This document shows positions 46,053-58,496 of a DNA stretch of 64,000 nt, in pieces. Both the position numbers and the translations under genes were made by a program. Origin of the DNA: Macrostomum lignano (Eukaryota); contig NIVC01001101.1 of NCBI GenBank assembly GCA_002269645.1, positions 62,001-126,000 on the forward strand, in the 5' to 3' direction. The notes beneath the pieces were generated by a model, which was given only the letters and a program-made list of their open reading frames with translations, was not told the origin of the DNA and searched no databases. Position 1 is the first letter of the stretch. Each line of letters starts with the position of its first letter.

Positions 46053-46793
46053 ATGAGCAGTAATCTCTTGACGATGTACTTGGCTCTGGGCCTCACGCTC
46101 GGCAGTGACAACCAGCAGCTGTATGTTCTCATCAACGGATATCTCTGCATCAACGGCGAGTTTGTTGAGACCTACTCAAGCGTACTCAACAAAGTCGGCT
46201 GCGCCGCTCTGTGCGCCCAAAACCTGCGCTGTCAGGCGTTCAGCCTGGCTGACGGTCCGTGCCAGCTGTTCGTGTTCGACAAGTGCAGCAAGTCGGTGAG
46301 GAGCTGCGGCTGCTCTAGGAGAGGCCGGGTGTTCGTCAAGCAGCGGCCGGGACTCGAGGCGGGCGCGCTGTGTCCGTCTGGCTACGGCATGCAGCTGTGC
46401 GGAGTGAAGTACAGGCTGTACTCTGGCATCGGGAAGTGGCGGTTGGGCAGGCAGAAGTGCGAGTCAGAGAGCGGTCTGGTCATCATGGCCGACGTGACCA
46501 GCACCCAGGAGATGAGCCATGTGGACTCGATCTACTCGAACTACAGCTCTGAACAATCGATCTGGCTCGGAGGCCTCCAGCCAGCAGGCAGTGCGGAGCC
46601 GGATGGCGGCTGGTACTGGGTCGGCTGTAATGACACCGTGGACGCTGCTCTGTGGGACAAAAATGAGCCCAACAACGATAGAGGTGTCGAAAATGTTATA
46701 TTCAGATTCCATGGTGTAGCTGGTCTGTCCGATTGTGCTGAGACATGCACTGTGTCTACCGTTCTGTGCGAGTGCGTCTCGCCCTTCATCTGA
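46053..46793 (+). CDS. Secreted PAN/apple + C-type lectin (EPN)
   Basis: Intact ORF from ATG 46053; TATAAA at ~45978. Confidence 0.85.
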   Translation: MSSNLLTMYLALGLTLGSDNQQLYVLINGYLCINGEFVETYSSVLNKVGCAALCAQNLRCQAFSLADGPCQLFVFDKCSKSVRSCGCSRRGRVFVKQRPGLEAGALCPSGYGMQLCGVKYRLYSGIGKWRLGRQKCESESGLVIMADVTSTQEMSHVDSIYSNYSSEQSIWLGGLQPAGSAEPDGGWYWVGCNDTVDAALWDKNEPNNDRGVENVIFRFHGVAGLSDCAETCTVSTVLCECVSPFI

Positions 46794-47464
46794 TGCACGG
46801 ATGCCGCGGGGTCACAACTTGCTGGTCTTTGGAATAACCCTGGTGTCAAAACTGTCGTGTCGAACATGTGATTCACCTTGAATTTTTGCTGAACAACGAT
46901 TTGGATGATATTACAGAAATATACAGGAATTCCAGCGATTAGAATAACTCGCTGTGTTAGGACGCGGATGGCAAGCCTTTATGATACATCGCAGTCTCTT
47001 TCAATGCTGGCTTGGTCTTTTGCATCGTGTGCTGGTATCAAGAGCAGCATATATTAGCAGGAACTGTTCATGAATGCACGACTTTGTAAAATTTCAGTAC
47101 TTTATGTGATGGACAAATTCTGGAATTATTCTTCTCGCCGAAATTCAAAGCTAGAATACAGTGAAGCACATTCACGAGAAAAGTTGAATCAATTTTACTA
47201 AAATTTAGACCTGATTTTGTCAAAAGGGATCTATACTCTCGTACATGTATGCTTCAAGTTATGGCGCACTTTATATTGCTAAAATTGTTCTGCGATAGAT
47301 AAGCTCTCGTGTCCAAAATTAATGAATGATTATTAAATAATTTTAACCCAAACTCGGCGAATGAGAAGAGATCAATCTTTGCCACTTCTTGAACGTGACA
47401 ATCGCCAGCCTAATAGACAGGGAGAGAGGCGCCTGTTTGTAAATCAGGAGCGCCCAACAAAAGA

Positions 47465-47708
47465 CAGGGGCGACCACCAAGAAAGAGGGGGCGACTACCA
47501 AGAGAGAGGGGGCGACCACCAAGAGAGAGGGGGGCCGACTACCAAGAAAGAGGGGGCGACTACCAAGAGAGAGGGGGGGCGACTACCAAGAGAGAGGGGG
47601 CGACCACCAAGAGAGAGGGGGGGGCGACTACCAAGAAAGGGGGGGCCGACTACCAAGAAAGAGGGGGCGACTACCAAGAGAGAGGGGGGGCGACTACCAA
47701 GAGAGAGG
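47465..47708. repeat. G-rich ~21-bp minisatellite, paralog of 1662-1912
   Basis: Direct. Confidence 0.95.
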
Positions 47709-47884
47709 GTCTGCAAGTTTGTAGGCAAAACTCTCAAGCTCTCACACTCGCCGCGCTCTCATATACATATCATATATTAGATTACTATCGATAGCTAACA
47801 GGTGTACATCGAATGTACACACTATTACGCACACGCATAGAGTAGCGACACAACATTCTCCTTATCTTCCGATGAGCGGAATCG

Positions 47885-48066
47885 CTCAGCGGCGAGCTGC
47901 GGTGCAGGCTGAGGCATCCCGCAGCTGAGCCCGCCAGGGCTGGAGTCAGGACTCAGGCTTCGGTGGTGCAGTCTGTGTCGGCTCATCCGAAACTGTGCAG
48001 AAACTGGGCGATGCCGTGTTCTTGTGGGCAGATCCGGCCCATGCTATCGCTGGTGAGCCTCAGTGA
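47885..48066 (+). pseudogene. WDR83: Short WDR83 3' fragment
   Basis: Near-identical to 15895-16086 with a small deletion. Confidence 0.7.
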
Positions 48067-48524
48067 CCTCTCGTGTCGTCTAGTGAAGTTTTTAATAAAC
48101 TTTACATTTGCATTTTTCTAGTATTTCTGTCGGTTGTGCTGATTGAGTTTATCTTGTATTAATTACACTTGTACGACTACAGTGGGAGCGCTGTCGCTAC
48201 TCAAAAACTCATTTCTCAAACTTCTTCGTGTTTAGAAAATAACTTCTGGTATACATGTAATGATTTAGATCTGATGCAGGTTTATGTTTTATGAACGCTC
48301 TAAATGAATGGTTATTAGAAACTTTGTGTTTTTGAAAAGTTTTTATATTTAGTATTCTAACAGGACCTTGCAGAACGGCATACGTAGTAATCGTAGTAAA
48401 AAGGCCAAAAACAAATTGATATAAATGAGTGACAAGGCCACTACCAACCAAAAAAGTGAAACGGAACAGAAAACTGTCGCTGCAGAAGCTATAGGGGGGC
48501 TATTTTTCGCTGCCGAAAATTAAA

Positions 48525-50148
48525 TCACCCGTCTTCGTCTTCATCTTCCTGCTCATATCCAGACACAGTCAATACGCAAGGTTGTCACAAAGACTCGACC
48601 ATTCTGCAGCTTTGCCACTTTGTACTGAGCGCCTCCATGCGAGGACAGAATGTACTGCGGTGTCTTTGATTTCGGCTGCAATTTAAGTATAGATGCGCAG
48701 GGAGCCAGTTGAAGTTCAGCTGGAGAAGAGTTCTCCCCAGCGACATCATATACAAGCTCTTCTGTGTCACTGCACAAGCCTGGCATCCGCCAGGGCCTGC
48801 AACGGAACGACCTCGGGTTGATCAGCTTTTTAGTAATGTGCACACAGTGAAAACATCGCACCTGTCAGACAAAAACAGCATCTGATCTCTGACTGACATT
48901 TTCGAATCTTCTTTAAAGAGCTCACAACCACTGGGTATGGGAAAAGCCAGCTGAAACTTTCCAGAGTCTTTATCGACTCCAACAATTTCCGGACTGCCGT
49001 CTTGTTCTTCAATCAGAGCAAACAGCTTGTCGCAGTTTCCAGTAATGCAACACAGCTCTTTGGCGCCTTCGTGCAACTCGGTGATGCAGATTCTTGACTT
49101 GAGAGCTCCGCTGAGGTCGGTCACTGTCACCGATGTCTCCTGGGCGATGAACAGCAGCTGTCGCTCATTGTCGCAGTGGAGATCTCGGATTGACTGATCG
49201 GCCTCCCAGCTGCACGTCAGGCGTCCAACTTCTATTGCATCATAGGAGAGCAGCAAAATTTTAAAGGCCATGTCATTCGGGTTTTCCGGCAGTACCGAAC
49301 GCGTTATAAAGCTTTTATGCTGCTCTTGATCAGCTTTAGGTTGAACAGCTACAAAGATACTCGGCTGTGGCAGACAGTCCCTACAATCCTTAGTAGCCTT
49401 CTCAATCATACCTCACTCGTCAATGACAAAACCTGTGGTGTTGCTGCACACTGTGAGACACACTGCATACTGCGCCGTCGTCAGCATCTCTGCCTCGCTT
49501 ATGCCCTCTTCTGCTTGAATTAAAATCTCTTCATTAATCTGCCCAGAATCGGCAGCAGCATCAAACTGCTCAACGAGTTTTTTAATTGAGTAGAACCAAC
49601 TCAGCTCTCAGTCCGGTCTCAAGCTCTCTTATTCTCGAGTTCAAATCCGGGTAAGCTGCGATTTCGACTGTCTGACTTTCCTCATCCAATCTCACCAGAT
49701 TCGAGTCCAGCTGCAATGTCTTCAGCGATCCCTCCATGCTCCTGTTGATGAGGAAGGCCTGCCTCGTGTTTTTGTCATCCTTGGCCCTCTTTAGCTCCTC
49801 GACGAGTTCGTCCAGCTCTGAGACACTTGACAGGTGGTCCATGAGTTGGTCATGCTGTTTGATAACGACAGCAACGAGCTCACTTTGGCACCTGTCCAAT
49901 GTCTCTCTCAGGTCGGCAAAGGTGTCATCGAGCAGCTGCAGGTCGGATGCCAGTCTATGCTGCATAAGTCTCATTGGCTCCTGGTACTTCTTGAAGAGCT
50001 GCACTTTTTGGGCTACTCTGGCTTGAGCCTCGTCTACTTGGATGAAGTCTTGCCGCATGTGCAGGTCGCAGAGAGGCTGGCAGGTTACAGGTGACTCACC
50101 AATAGCGGGACTGCGGCAGAGGCGCACTGAACAAGGAGCGGGTTGCAT
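48525..50148 (-). pseudogene. Paralog G4 of the B-box-like/coiled-coil/propeller family
   Basis: MQPAPCSVRLC..; split into ORFs 49582-50148, 48822-49409 and 48553-48861 by frameshifts; short acidic tail YEQEDEDEDG*. Confidence 0.85.
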
Positions 50149-51095
50149 GATTGCTGATTTTCGGCTTGTAGGCGCTTTGTGTACGAACAGCGCTAGTGCG
50201 TTGCAGCTTTGCTCTTCGTAACTTTTATGCTCTGGGTTGTAGAGAGGAGTGTATTCATAGTCTAGCGTGTGCTCGTTTAGTATATTTAGATTTAGAAAGT
50301 ACTGTACAGTACTAAATACAGAGCAGGCATTTTGATATTAATACATGTATGCAGCTTTCCTATCCCTAAGGAAAGAAATTACTGATGAGAGTAAGGACCT
50401 TGTGAGACCTAACAGACAGGATTCAGACTATTGTACGAGTGGGCAAAAATTTTCTAACTTGATTGGCTTGCTTTATCGATTTATCTATTCTTAACTGTGC
50501 ATACATTTTCTTCTTCATAAGTCATTTCTCCACTGACTGCTGCAGTGCGACAGCCGAGTGACAGCTTTTGACCTTCTTGCACGAATGTGACCAAAAGACG
50601 CGGTAGTAAGCTGTGGTGGATGCAACTTCGCTGAGGTGAACTGCGAGTCGATGTCGGTAACTCCAGCTAAATCAGCCGTGTGCTTGAAGAATGAGACCTG
50701 ACAGGGTCATGATGACAGCTCGAGCGGCAGGATGAAGATGATACAGGGTAGAATTCTTTTCAAAGACTGACAGAAAATCTACCAACAATCCGAGTATATT
50801 CCAATTATCTAGACAAGAAGCGAATGCATTGTTGCTTATTCTGAATTTCGAAAGCGCTAGCGATGTGCTAGCATTCTGAAAGCATAGCATATAAGCGCGT
50901 GAAGAAAGGTCAAATATGGCTATTGCCCCAGATCCCTAAAAACTCATGCTACAGTTTGATGGTTATCACAAGCGCTACTCATTGGCTGATCAGCCACGCC
51001 GTGCTGAAGCCAAATACAGCGACTCAGTTCCAACAATTTTCAAATCCACCACATCTGTGCGTGTCTCACCGTTTGTTAACTAATTTGATTTACCG

Positions 51096-52182
51096 ATGCG
51101 GCTCCACCCGATCGAGTTGCCGTCTTCTTCTGCTTCTTCTGCTTCAGCTGCTGCTGATGGCTGCCAGTGGAGCTGCGGACACGACCGGCTGTCCCGGCAG
51201 CGCCCGGCAGTCGCTGCAGCCCCTGCATAGCGAAGTCTGCGTGCCGGATTCGGATCGGCAGCGCCAGATTCGACTGCCGAACGCGCAGCTCATCAACGGC
51301 GCCACCGACCTGCCGTCCTGCGCCCTGGCCTGCGCTCTCCGACCGACCGTCTGCGCCGTCGCTCAGTTCCGGTTCGCTGCCCGTCTGTGTCACGTGACCC
51401 CGGAGCTGCCGCAACCCACCAGCGAGACCGAGGCTGCTGTGACGGCGACTCGAGGTGACTGCGTGGCGACGCTGCTGAGACGCAACGCTTTCGGAGCCTC
51501 GGGCTGGCCGTTCGCTGCTCGAATGTCCGCTCTCTTCGACTTCCGCGTCTCCGACCGGAACCTCGGCGGCAGCGTCGGTGCCGGTTTCTCGACGTCGGCA
51601 CCGGCGCAGTTCATCGGCGCCGCCGTGCGCAACTTGTCGGGCGCCGTGCTGCCAGGCCGGTTCGATTCGTTCGTGAAAATCCCGCTGCAATCTCCGGGAT
51701 TTCAAGCTTTCGTCTCTCCCAGCAAAGAGTACTCAGTTTTCTTTAGCATCGACAGATCGCCAAGAGTTCCTTCCGATAATATTCACCTGTTGCGTGTGGT
51801 GACGTCTGGTGAAAGCAACACTCCGTTCTGCGCGTTCGCCTATTTTTCAGGCAGTAAAGTGAAATTTGCCAATTTGTTTACCCGTCTGACTGGGTTCCTC
51901 ACAGATGCTCCATTGCCTCTAGCGCCTATGGAGAAGTTCTACATGGGCCTGAGCTACAGCAGAGCTTCTGGAGGTCACACTGTTGTCTACAATGGCACAG
52001 TCTTTTCTGTTTCAATGAAGACCAACTACGAGCTGAATATTGGTGCCGAGTACACTGAGATCTGGCTGGGATCGCAGGGCACCAGGGATTCCGACGCTTT
52101 TGAGGGAATAATCATCTGCTTCGCCCTTGCTCCCGTATCCATGACGGCTGAGGACTTTCAAGCTTTGGGTTCAGTTTGCTGA
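51096..52182 (+). pseudogene. PAN + ConA/LamG-like paralog with a 2-bp deletion in the signal-peptide codons
   Basis: ATG 51096 is out of frame (CCGTCTTCTTCTG versus CCGTCTCTTCTTCTG at ~39191). The rest is open and similar to 39167-40255. Confidence 0.7.
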
Positions 52183-52684
52183 GCAGTTGGTCATGAGTTC
52201 GACGGATTGAACTGACAACACTGCTGTTTTTTTATTGTTTGTTGTTTGTTGCCAGTCTACGACTAAGAAACACTATCAGATTCACTTAGTTGCGTAGAAT
52301 ATCTGCCTCGCATATTGAGCTCTACTGACTTACGAGTATCTAAGCCAATTTTTCTGACAGCTATTTTTGGTTTTCCTGTCAAATTGAGAAACGAATTTAA
52401 TCCACTGAAATCGTGCACTTGTAACCAGTTTGTCGAAAAGTTTCCAAAAAACATGCTACTGATATTTTTTATTGATTCATTGTTCGCCTTTTGTTCCACC
52501 TATCAAAGATGTGTACATGTAGCTGTCCGTTTTTATAATACTGAGCTGTCCTATTCTCGAAATTTCCTAAATCTTTGAATTCTAATAATATACTCATACG
52601 AATATCTTAAAAAGTGGATTTAATCATTCTTCGTTGTTCGTTAACCTTCCTGCTATTTATTATTATTTATTATCACTACCGGCC

Positions 52685-52915
52685 ATGAAAGTTATGATAG
52701 GCTATGGTAATTATGATTCGCTATGGTAAATATGATTGGCATTAGGATTGACAATGATACACATGATGGGCTATGATAACTATAATTTGCTGTGATATCT
52801 GACTTTTGCTGTGATTCGCTGTGGTAGTCATGATTGGCCATGATAATTATGATTGGCGTTATGATTAGCTGTGATAATTATGATTGGAATTATGATTAGC
52901 TATGATAATTTGGAT
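52685..52915. repeat. Degenerate ~19-bp minisatellite
   Basis: TATGATTGGC/TATGATAAT units; paralog of 40725-41006. Confidence 0.8.
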
Positions 52916-53779
52916 GGTATTAAGCAAGTTCCGATCAAAGTTCTACTGCGCCCGCCTTGATGCAATTACAGACACCGGACTGATAGTCAAATACGCAGCT
53001 GCTGCATTCACTTCTGATCACCTATCCTTAACTTTGCGATGTATACAGAGAATTCACATGCATGGGCACGAAAGTAACCAATTAAGATAAGTCAACATCG
53101 CGAAACCGGTCCCATCTCTGTCTGATGCACGCATATTGTGTTCCGCCAGAGTTGAAAAAGATAGATGCACTAAAATTGTTCTAATCACCTTTATACAAAA
53201 GCGAGTATTATGCTCGTAGACTGAAACTGAGGCTAATTGCTACGACCTAGGTACTCAGTTCGACGCCCTGGAGCGAAACATCTTTGATTTCCATAACGGG
53301 CTACTAGGTGGACGTGACACAAAGCATTGGTATTTTCCTCCCACAGCTTTTCCCATGTCCTCCCATGTACCCACGGTGGCAAAGATTCATTTTATATTAG
53401 CATTAAAATTGTTAAAATTCCTGCCACTAATGTTACTAATAGTAGCGCTTTAAGTAGTCTTTAGGACACGAAATGTGAGGGCTGATGCATAGGGTGGCTG
53501 AGGACTCAGATAGGACTGCTGGCAGTTATAGAATCAAACTACTAAACAATGGAATGGAATGCCACCAACTTTTACATGTCATTTCGGATATAACTGCTGT
53601 TTATGGATCTTAACTTTTAGACAGAAAGTAATCCGATGAGAAAGGACCAACAACTGACTGAGAAAATAATCAGTACCAGGAGGACTGAAGGCGGATCTAC
53701 AAAAAAGAACACCTGCAGGGGTATTTTTGATGGTTTTTAAACAGCAAACGGGACATTTCTAGTCAGAAGCCTTCGTGCA

Positions 53780-54084
53780 AGTCGGTGATGCAGATTCTTG
53801 ACTTGAGGGCTCCGCTGGGGTCGGTCACTGTCACCGCTTTCTCCTCGTGTCATCGAGCTGTCATCGAGCAGCTGTAGGTCGGATGTGAGTCTCTGATGCA
53901 TCAGTCTCATGGGCTCCTGGTACTTCTTGAAGAGCTGCACTTTGTGGGCTACTCTGGCTTCAGCCTCGTCTACTTCGATGAAGTCTTGCAGCATGTGCAG
54001 GTCGCAGAGAGGCTGGCAGGTTACAGGTGACTCGCCAACAGCGGGACTGCGGCAGAGGCACATTGAACAAGGAGCGGGTTGCAT
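53780..54084 (-). pseudogene. Internally deleted paralog G5 of the B-box-like family
   Basis: MQPAPCSMCLC..LQLLDD jumps directly to sequence matching VTVTD.SGALKSRICIT.LHEG. Confidence 0.8.
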
Positions 54085-54195
54085 GATTGCTGATTTTCTG
54101 CTGGTAGGCGCTTTGTGTAGGAACTGCACTAGTGCGTTGCAGCTTTGCTCTTTGTAGCTTATGTGCTCTATCTGCAGAGGGTCATACATTTAGAG

Positions 54196-54626
54196 CAGGG
54201 GTCGGTAAACTTTTTACCTCAAGGCCAAGGGAACCTGAAAAGAACTTTAAACATGACTGCAGGCCGGAGGACGGGAGAGAGGAGAGGGAGTAGAGAAGGG
54301 TAAAGGGAAAGGCGAGGGAATAAAGGAGAAGAGCTCAGGCGATGGGAGGGACAGGAGAGATGAGGAAGCGTGAGAGGGAAGAGGAGAGGAGAGAATCGAG
54401 AGGATAGAGGAGGAAGCAGAGATAAAAGGAGAGAGGAACAGAAGAGGAAAGGAGAGGATAGAATGGAGGAAAAAGGAGAGGTGAGAGAGGAGAGGAGAGC
54501 ACTGAGAAGAGACATAGACATTGGGCGGGCCAGATTGCTATTGTGAAGTTTCAAAGGACCCGAGGACCGGATTGAGAGGCTTCGCTGGCCGCATGTGGCC
54601 CGCGGGCTGGTATTTGCCGACCCCTG
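54196..54626. mobile_element. hAT (Charlie/Buster-like) MITE, 431 bp
   Basis: TIRs CAGGGGTCGGTAAA / TTTGCCGACCCCTG; perfect 8-bp TSD ATTTAGAG with central TA; purine-rich interior. Confidence 0.92.
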
Positions 54627-54914
54627 ATTTAGAGGCTAGCCCGTACTCATTTAGTATATGTGACTTGGGAAAGTACTGTGCATTAATAAATGGGGAGCTT
54701 TTTCTGAAAAGTTTCCAAAAAACGTGCCATGGATACTCAATATTTAGTTATATTTAGAAACAAATATTTTATAAGCTGAACGAAAGTTGTGCTGTAAAAT
54801 GTTATATTTGTTCAACAAGGTAGTTAATGACAGTCAGCTATAACAACGGGTTGAATTCTTTTGTTATAAGAGATTTTGTTATTCGTTATACGAGATTGTC
54901 AGTTCATTACCTCA

Positions 54915-55400
54915 GTGATTCATAAGCCATTGTTCGAAGCAGGGACAGGGACATTCCCGGAGCATCTGGGCACACATTGCAGCAGTAAACAGTGCGCTTT
55001 ACATTGCCATTCTGACAGCACACGCGGCACCGCTTTGCAGGCCTGGGGTTGGAGTCCCTGGCCCGGCAGGCAGCCTCGATGGAAAGTGGCGCTCTTGCTG
55101 GACAGAGGCTCCTGCCGTCGGCTGTCTCTCTCTCTCTATAGGAACTTGGAGAAGGACAGATGACTACCGTTCTCAGAGTATGGAATCCATGCGTTGTGAA
55201 TGAGCCGCAGGCTCAGGTGCAGTCCCAGCTTGTGGAACCATTTGTAAGTCTTCCGGTAGTTTTCGTAGCTCGTACCTCTTCAGCGTTGCATGTAGGTCAG
55301 CACCTTCCATGCCGCGGTTTTAGAGCAGGTTTGAGGCACTTTTTTCTACCTGAAATACCTCACCGCTGTTCCTAATCCTTGGCACCTGTATTTGCCAGGT
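54915..55400 (-). mobile_element. piggyBac transposase C-terminal remnant
   Basis: NRGMEGAD..RKTYKWFHKLGLHL..IHNAWI..LSFSKF, plus Cys-rich KRCRVC..PCFEQW. Confidence 0.75.
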
Positions 55401-56060
55401 CCTTTACAGCCATGGGTGTCAAACATGTAGATCTTCTTCTTCTTCATTTTAATTTTCTTGTAATTATTTAAAACGTTTTTTCAAGTGACAGACCAATTTA
55501 ACATAAAAAAATCAGTTAATGCGTCGTTAGAGCAGCATATGAGGCACAAAATAGTGTGATCACGACTTTTTCTGACACTGTTAAGAGACCCAATCACTGT
55601 TTTAGTGTTGAAAATCGTGAATTTTCCTATCTCCGTATGTATTTTTCTGGTGAAACCGGCCACAGCTTTTCCCATGTCCTCCCATGTCTCCCGGTGGCAA
55701 AGACTCTGGTTGATTCTAGAATTTATGCACTTAGACTTTAACATCGTTAAAATCTGCCCCGAAACTGTCAGTTTTCTCATTTGCAAGCTAAAAGTCTTTG
55801 AAGAAGCATCTCGAATTCTATGAGATTTCTTCAGCTCCTCTCCCAATTAGAAGAACGGCTGAGCCCTTAGTTTTGAGCCGCACAAAGGGCCATAAAAAGT
55901 AAGGAGCTGCTTCTGTTTGAGCAATTACAGACAGATGCATGTTTGCTGCTCAAATACAGCTGAGAGGCACCGGAATTGGAGGCCATAAATTCTGAACTGA
56001 AACACACTCGAAAGAAGTTCGATAGTGAATTTTACCGTCGTAGTTTCATAAGCATTGACG

Positions 56061-56801
56061 ATGAGCATTGTTCTCTTGACGATGTTCTTGGCTCTGGGCC
56101 TCACGCTCGGCAGTGCCACTCAGCAGCTGTTTGTTCTCATCAACGGATATCTCTGCATCAACGTCGAGTTTGTTGAGACCTACTCAAGCGAACTCAACAA
56201 AGTCGGCTGCGCCGCTCTGTGCACCCAAAACCAGCGCTGTCAGGCGTTCAGCCTGGCTGACGGTCCGTGCCAGCTGTTCGTGTTCGACAAGTGCAGCAAG
56301 TCGGTGAGGAGCTGCGGCTGCTCCAGGAGAGGCCGTGTGTTCGTCAAGCAGCGGCCGGGACTCGAGGCGGGCGCGCTGTGTCCGTCTGGCTACGGCATGG
56401 ACCTGTGCGGAGTGAACTACAGGCTGTACTCTGGCATCGGGACGTGGTGGCCGAGCAGGCAGAAGTGCGAGTCAGAGAGCGGTCTGGTCATCATGGCCGA
56501 CGTGACCAGCACCCAGGAGATGAGCCACACCGATGTGATTTTATCCACCTACAACTCAGGACAGTCGTTCTGGCTGGGAGGCCGCCAGTATCCTGGCAGT
56601 GCTGAGCCGGCTGGCGGCTGGTACTGGGTCGGCTGCAATGACACCGTGGACGCTGCTCTGTGGGCCGACACTGATCCGAACAACGCTGGAGGTGTCGAAA
56701 ATGTTATATTCAGATTTCATGGTGTAGCTGGTCTGGCCGACTGTTCCGAGACATGCACAGTGTCTACCGTTCTGTGCGAGTGCGTCTCGCCCTTCATCTG
56801 A
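56061..56801 (+). CDS. Secreted PAN/apple + C-type lectin (DPN variant, mosaic)
   Basis: Intact ORF from ATG 56061. Confidence 0.85.
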   Translation: MSIVLLTMFLALGLTLGSATQQLFVLINGYLCINVEFVETYSSELNKVGCAALCTQNQRCQAFSLADGPCQLFVFDKCSKSVRSCGCSRRGRVFVKQRPGLEAGALCPSGYGMDLCGVNYRLYSGIGTWWPSRQKCESESGLVIMADVTSTQEMSHTDVILSTYNSGQSFWLGGRQYPGSAEPAGGWYWVGCNDTVDAALWADTDPNNAGGVENVIFRFHGVAGLADCSETCTVSTVLCECVSPFI

Positions 56802-58496
56802 TGCCCGGATACCGAGTTGTCACAACTTGCTGATGTCAGCTGCAGAGATCGGTCTTTGGAATAACCCAGGTGTTAAACCTGTTGTGACGAAAATGTGATT
56901 TACCGTGAACTTAGCTGAACAAGGATCTGGATAATCTCCGTTTTAGCTGTAACGCTATTTCTTATCTTCTGAAGAAATATACAGGGATTCCAGTGTTTCG
57001 AACTACGCGTTATGTTCGCACGAAGCAAAACTCTCAGATCTTATTTTTGTTTTATGTTTTTTGTAGGCCATTTATGATAGTCGTAGTCTCGATCTCTTAA
57101 CGCCGATAATGGCTTATTTTTGTGCGTTGTGTACTGTCAACAAAGACGCCACTACTAAGTCCCTGTTAGACACGACCTTTTTAAATTTCTGTGCCCTCCG
57201 TGACTGAGTGATTCTGGATTCTACTGCTAGCCCAAATGAAACACTAAAGGGCTTAATTAGAATACAGTGAGGCATAGTTACCAGACGGAATGAAGTATAA
57301 TCATTTTTTTGAATCTTACTAGCATTTAGACTTAGAGATTTCATCAAAAGCGATCTAGAAGCCTCGCGTTGTGGCTCAGTTGATATAAGAAATCTTCTCT
57401 GCGATGAATAAATAACCTCTTGTTCCAAAATTATGCAATTCAAACCAAACTCGACGAATGAGAAGACCTCAACCCTTGTCACCTCATGAGCGTGACATTC
57501 ACTAGGCTAAGAGACAGGTATGGGTGCACCCTTCTATAAAACAGAAGCGCCCACCAAGAGACAGCTGGTGCCCACTAAGAGACAGTGGCCCCCACTAAGA
57601 GCAGGGGCACCCACTAAGAGACAGGGGCACCCACAATAAGATAGTATTGTCTGGATATTTTGAACATATTTAATTTTTACATTTTCGAAGAAGACACAAG
57701 CAGTTGGTCCAATGTTTAATGCTTGATGCTTGGCATGAAATTGTCTGGTATGGGTACGCTGAACACCTGCGGTCAGAATCTTCGTGTCTAAAAATGGAGC
57801 AGTTATTAGTGCAGGTTCAGGTTTAAAGTCTCTTTGGAGTACCTTCCTTTGTAAGTCTGGCAAGCAGGTGTTCATCCACTCAGACTACAATAGCTTTTTT
57901 CAGGTAAGTACGAGCGTACGAGAACTCAAAGTCCTTGCTTACCGCGGGTTGATTCGCTTGCATGCTTTTGCTCGTCATTTCGAAACCTTCACAAGTATTG
58001 AATATTGCTAGTTAGTTACACTCGGATTACAACCTTTATCGATTTGACCGGTGTGAAATTTCGCGTTGGTGTGAAAGCCAACCCTTGCCGCTCAGCCTAA
58101 ATCATATTTTCGATAGCAAAAGTTAATATGTTCGTGCTACTCGTAATACAATTTTTCTGTACTTTAACATGTAAGTAGTTGCATGAACGCGTAAGACAAT
58201 TTATCTTTAATTTTCTCTTTGAGATACTTCTATATGACTTACCTGACGGTATCTTCTGTCAGAGACGAGAATTTAGAGTCAAATCACTACGAGCTAAGTA
58301 TATTTGGCTTGCACGATAACTGACGAAGGTTAAAATGACTCACCCAACTGGGATGGCGGCATGCATAGAGTAAAGCGAGATGTATGTAATAAGAGGTATC
58401 TCGCCCAGCTTCACCTTCGATGGCACAAATCAAACGCAACCTCACACTTCAATGACTACCTCACGATACCTTCAATGACTATCTAACGGTAGCTTC

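Noticed and set aside
47868-47895. Hammerhead-like CYGAUGA followed by a hairpin (also CTGATGA at ~3903, 33683 and 50383)
   Set aside because: No GAAA core or closing stems in the required positions.
50899-51095. 65-aa N-terminal extension of the 427-aa ORF
   Set aside because: It starts at GTG in sequence that is non-coding upstream of the paralogs (38970-39166); it only joins the ORF because of the 2-bp deletion.
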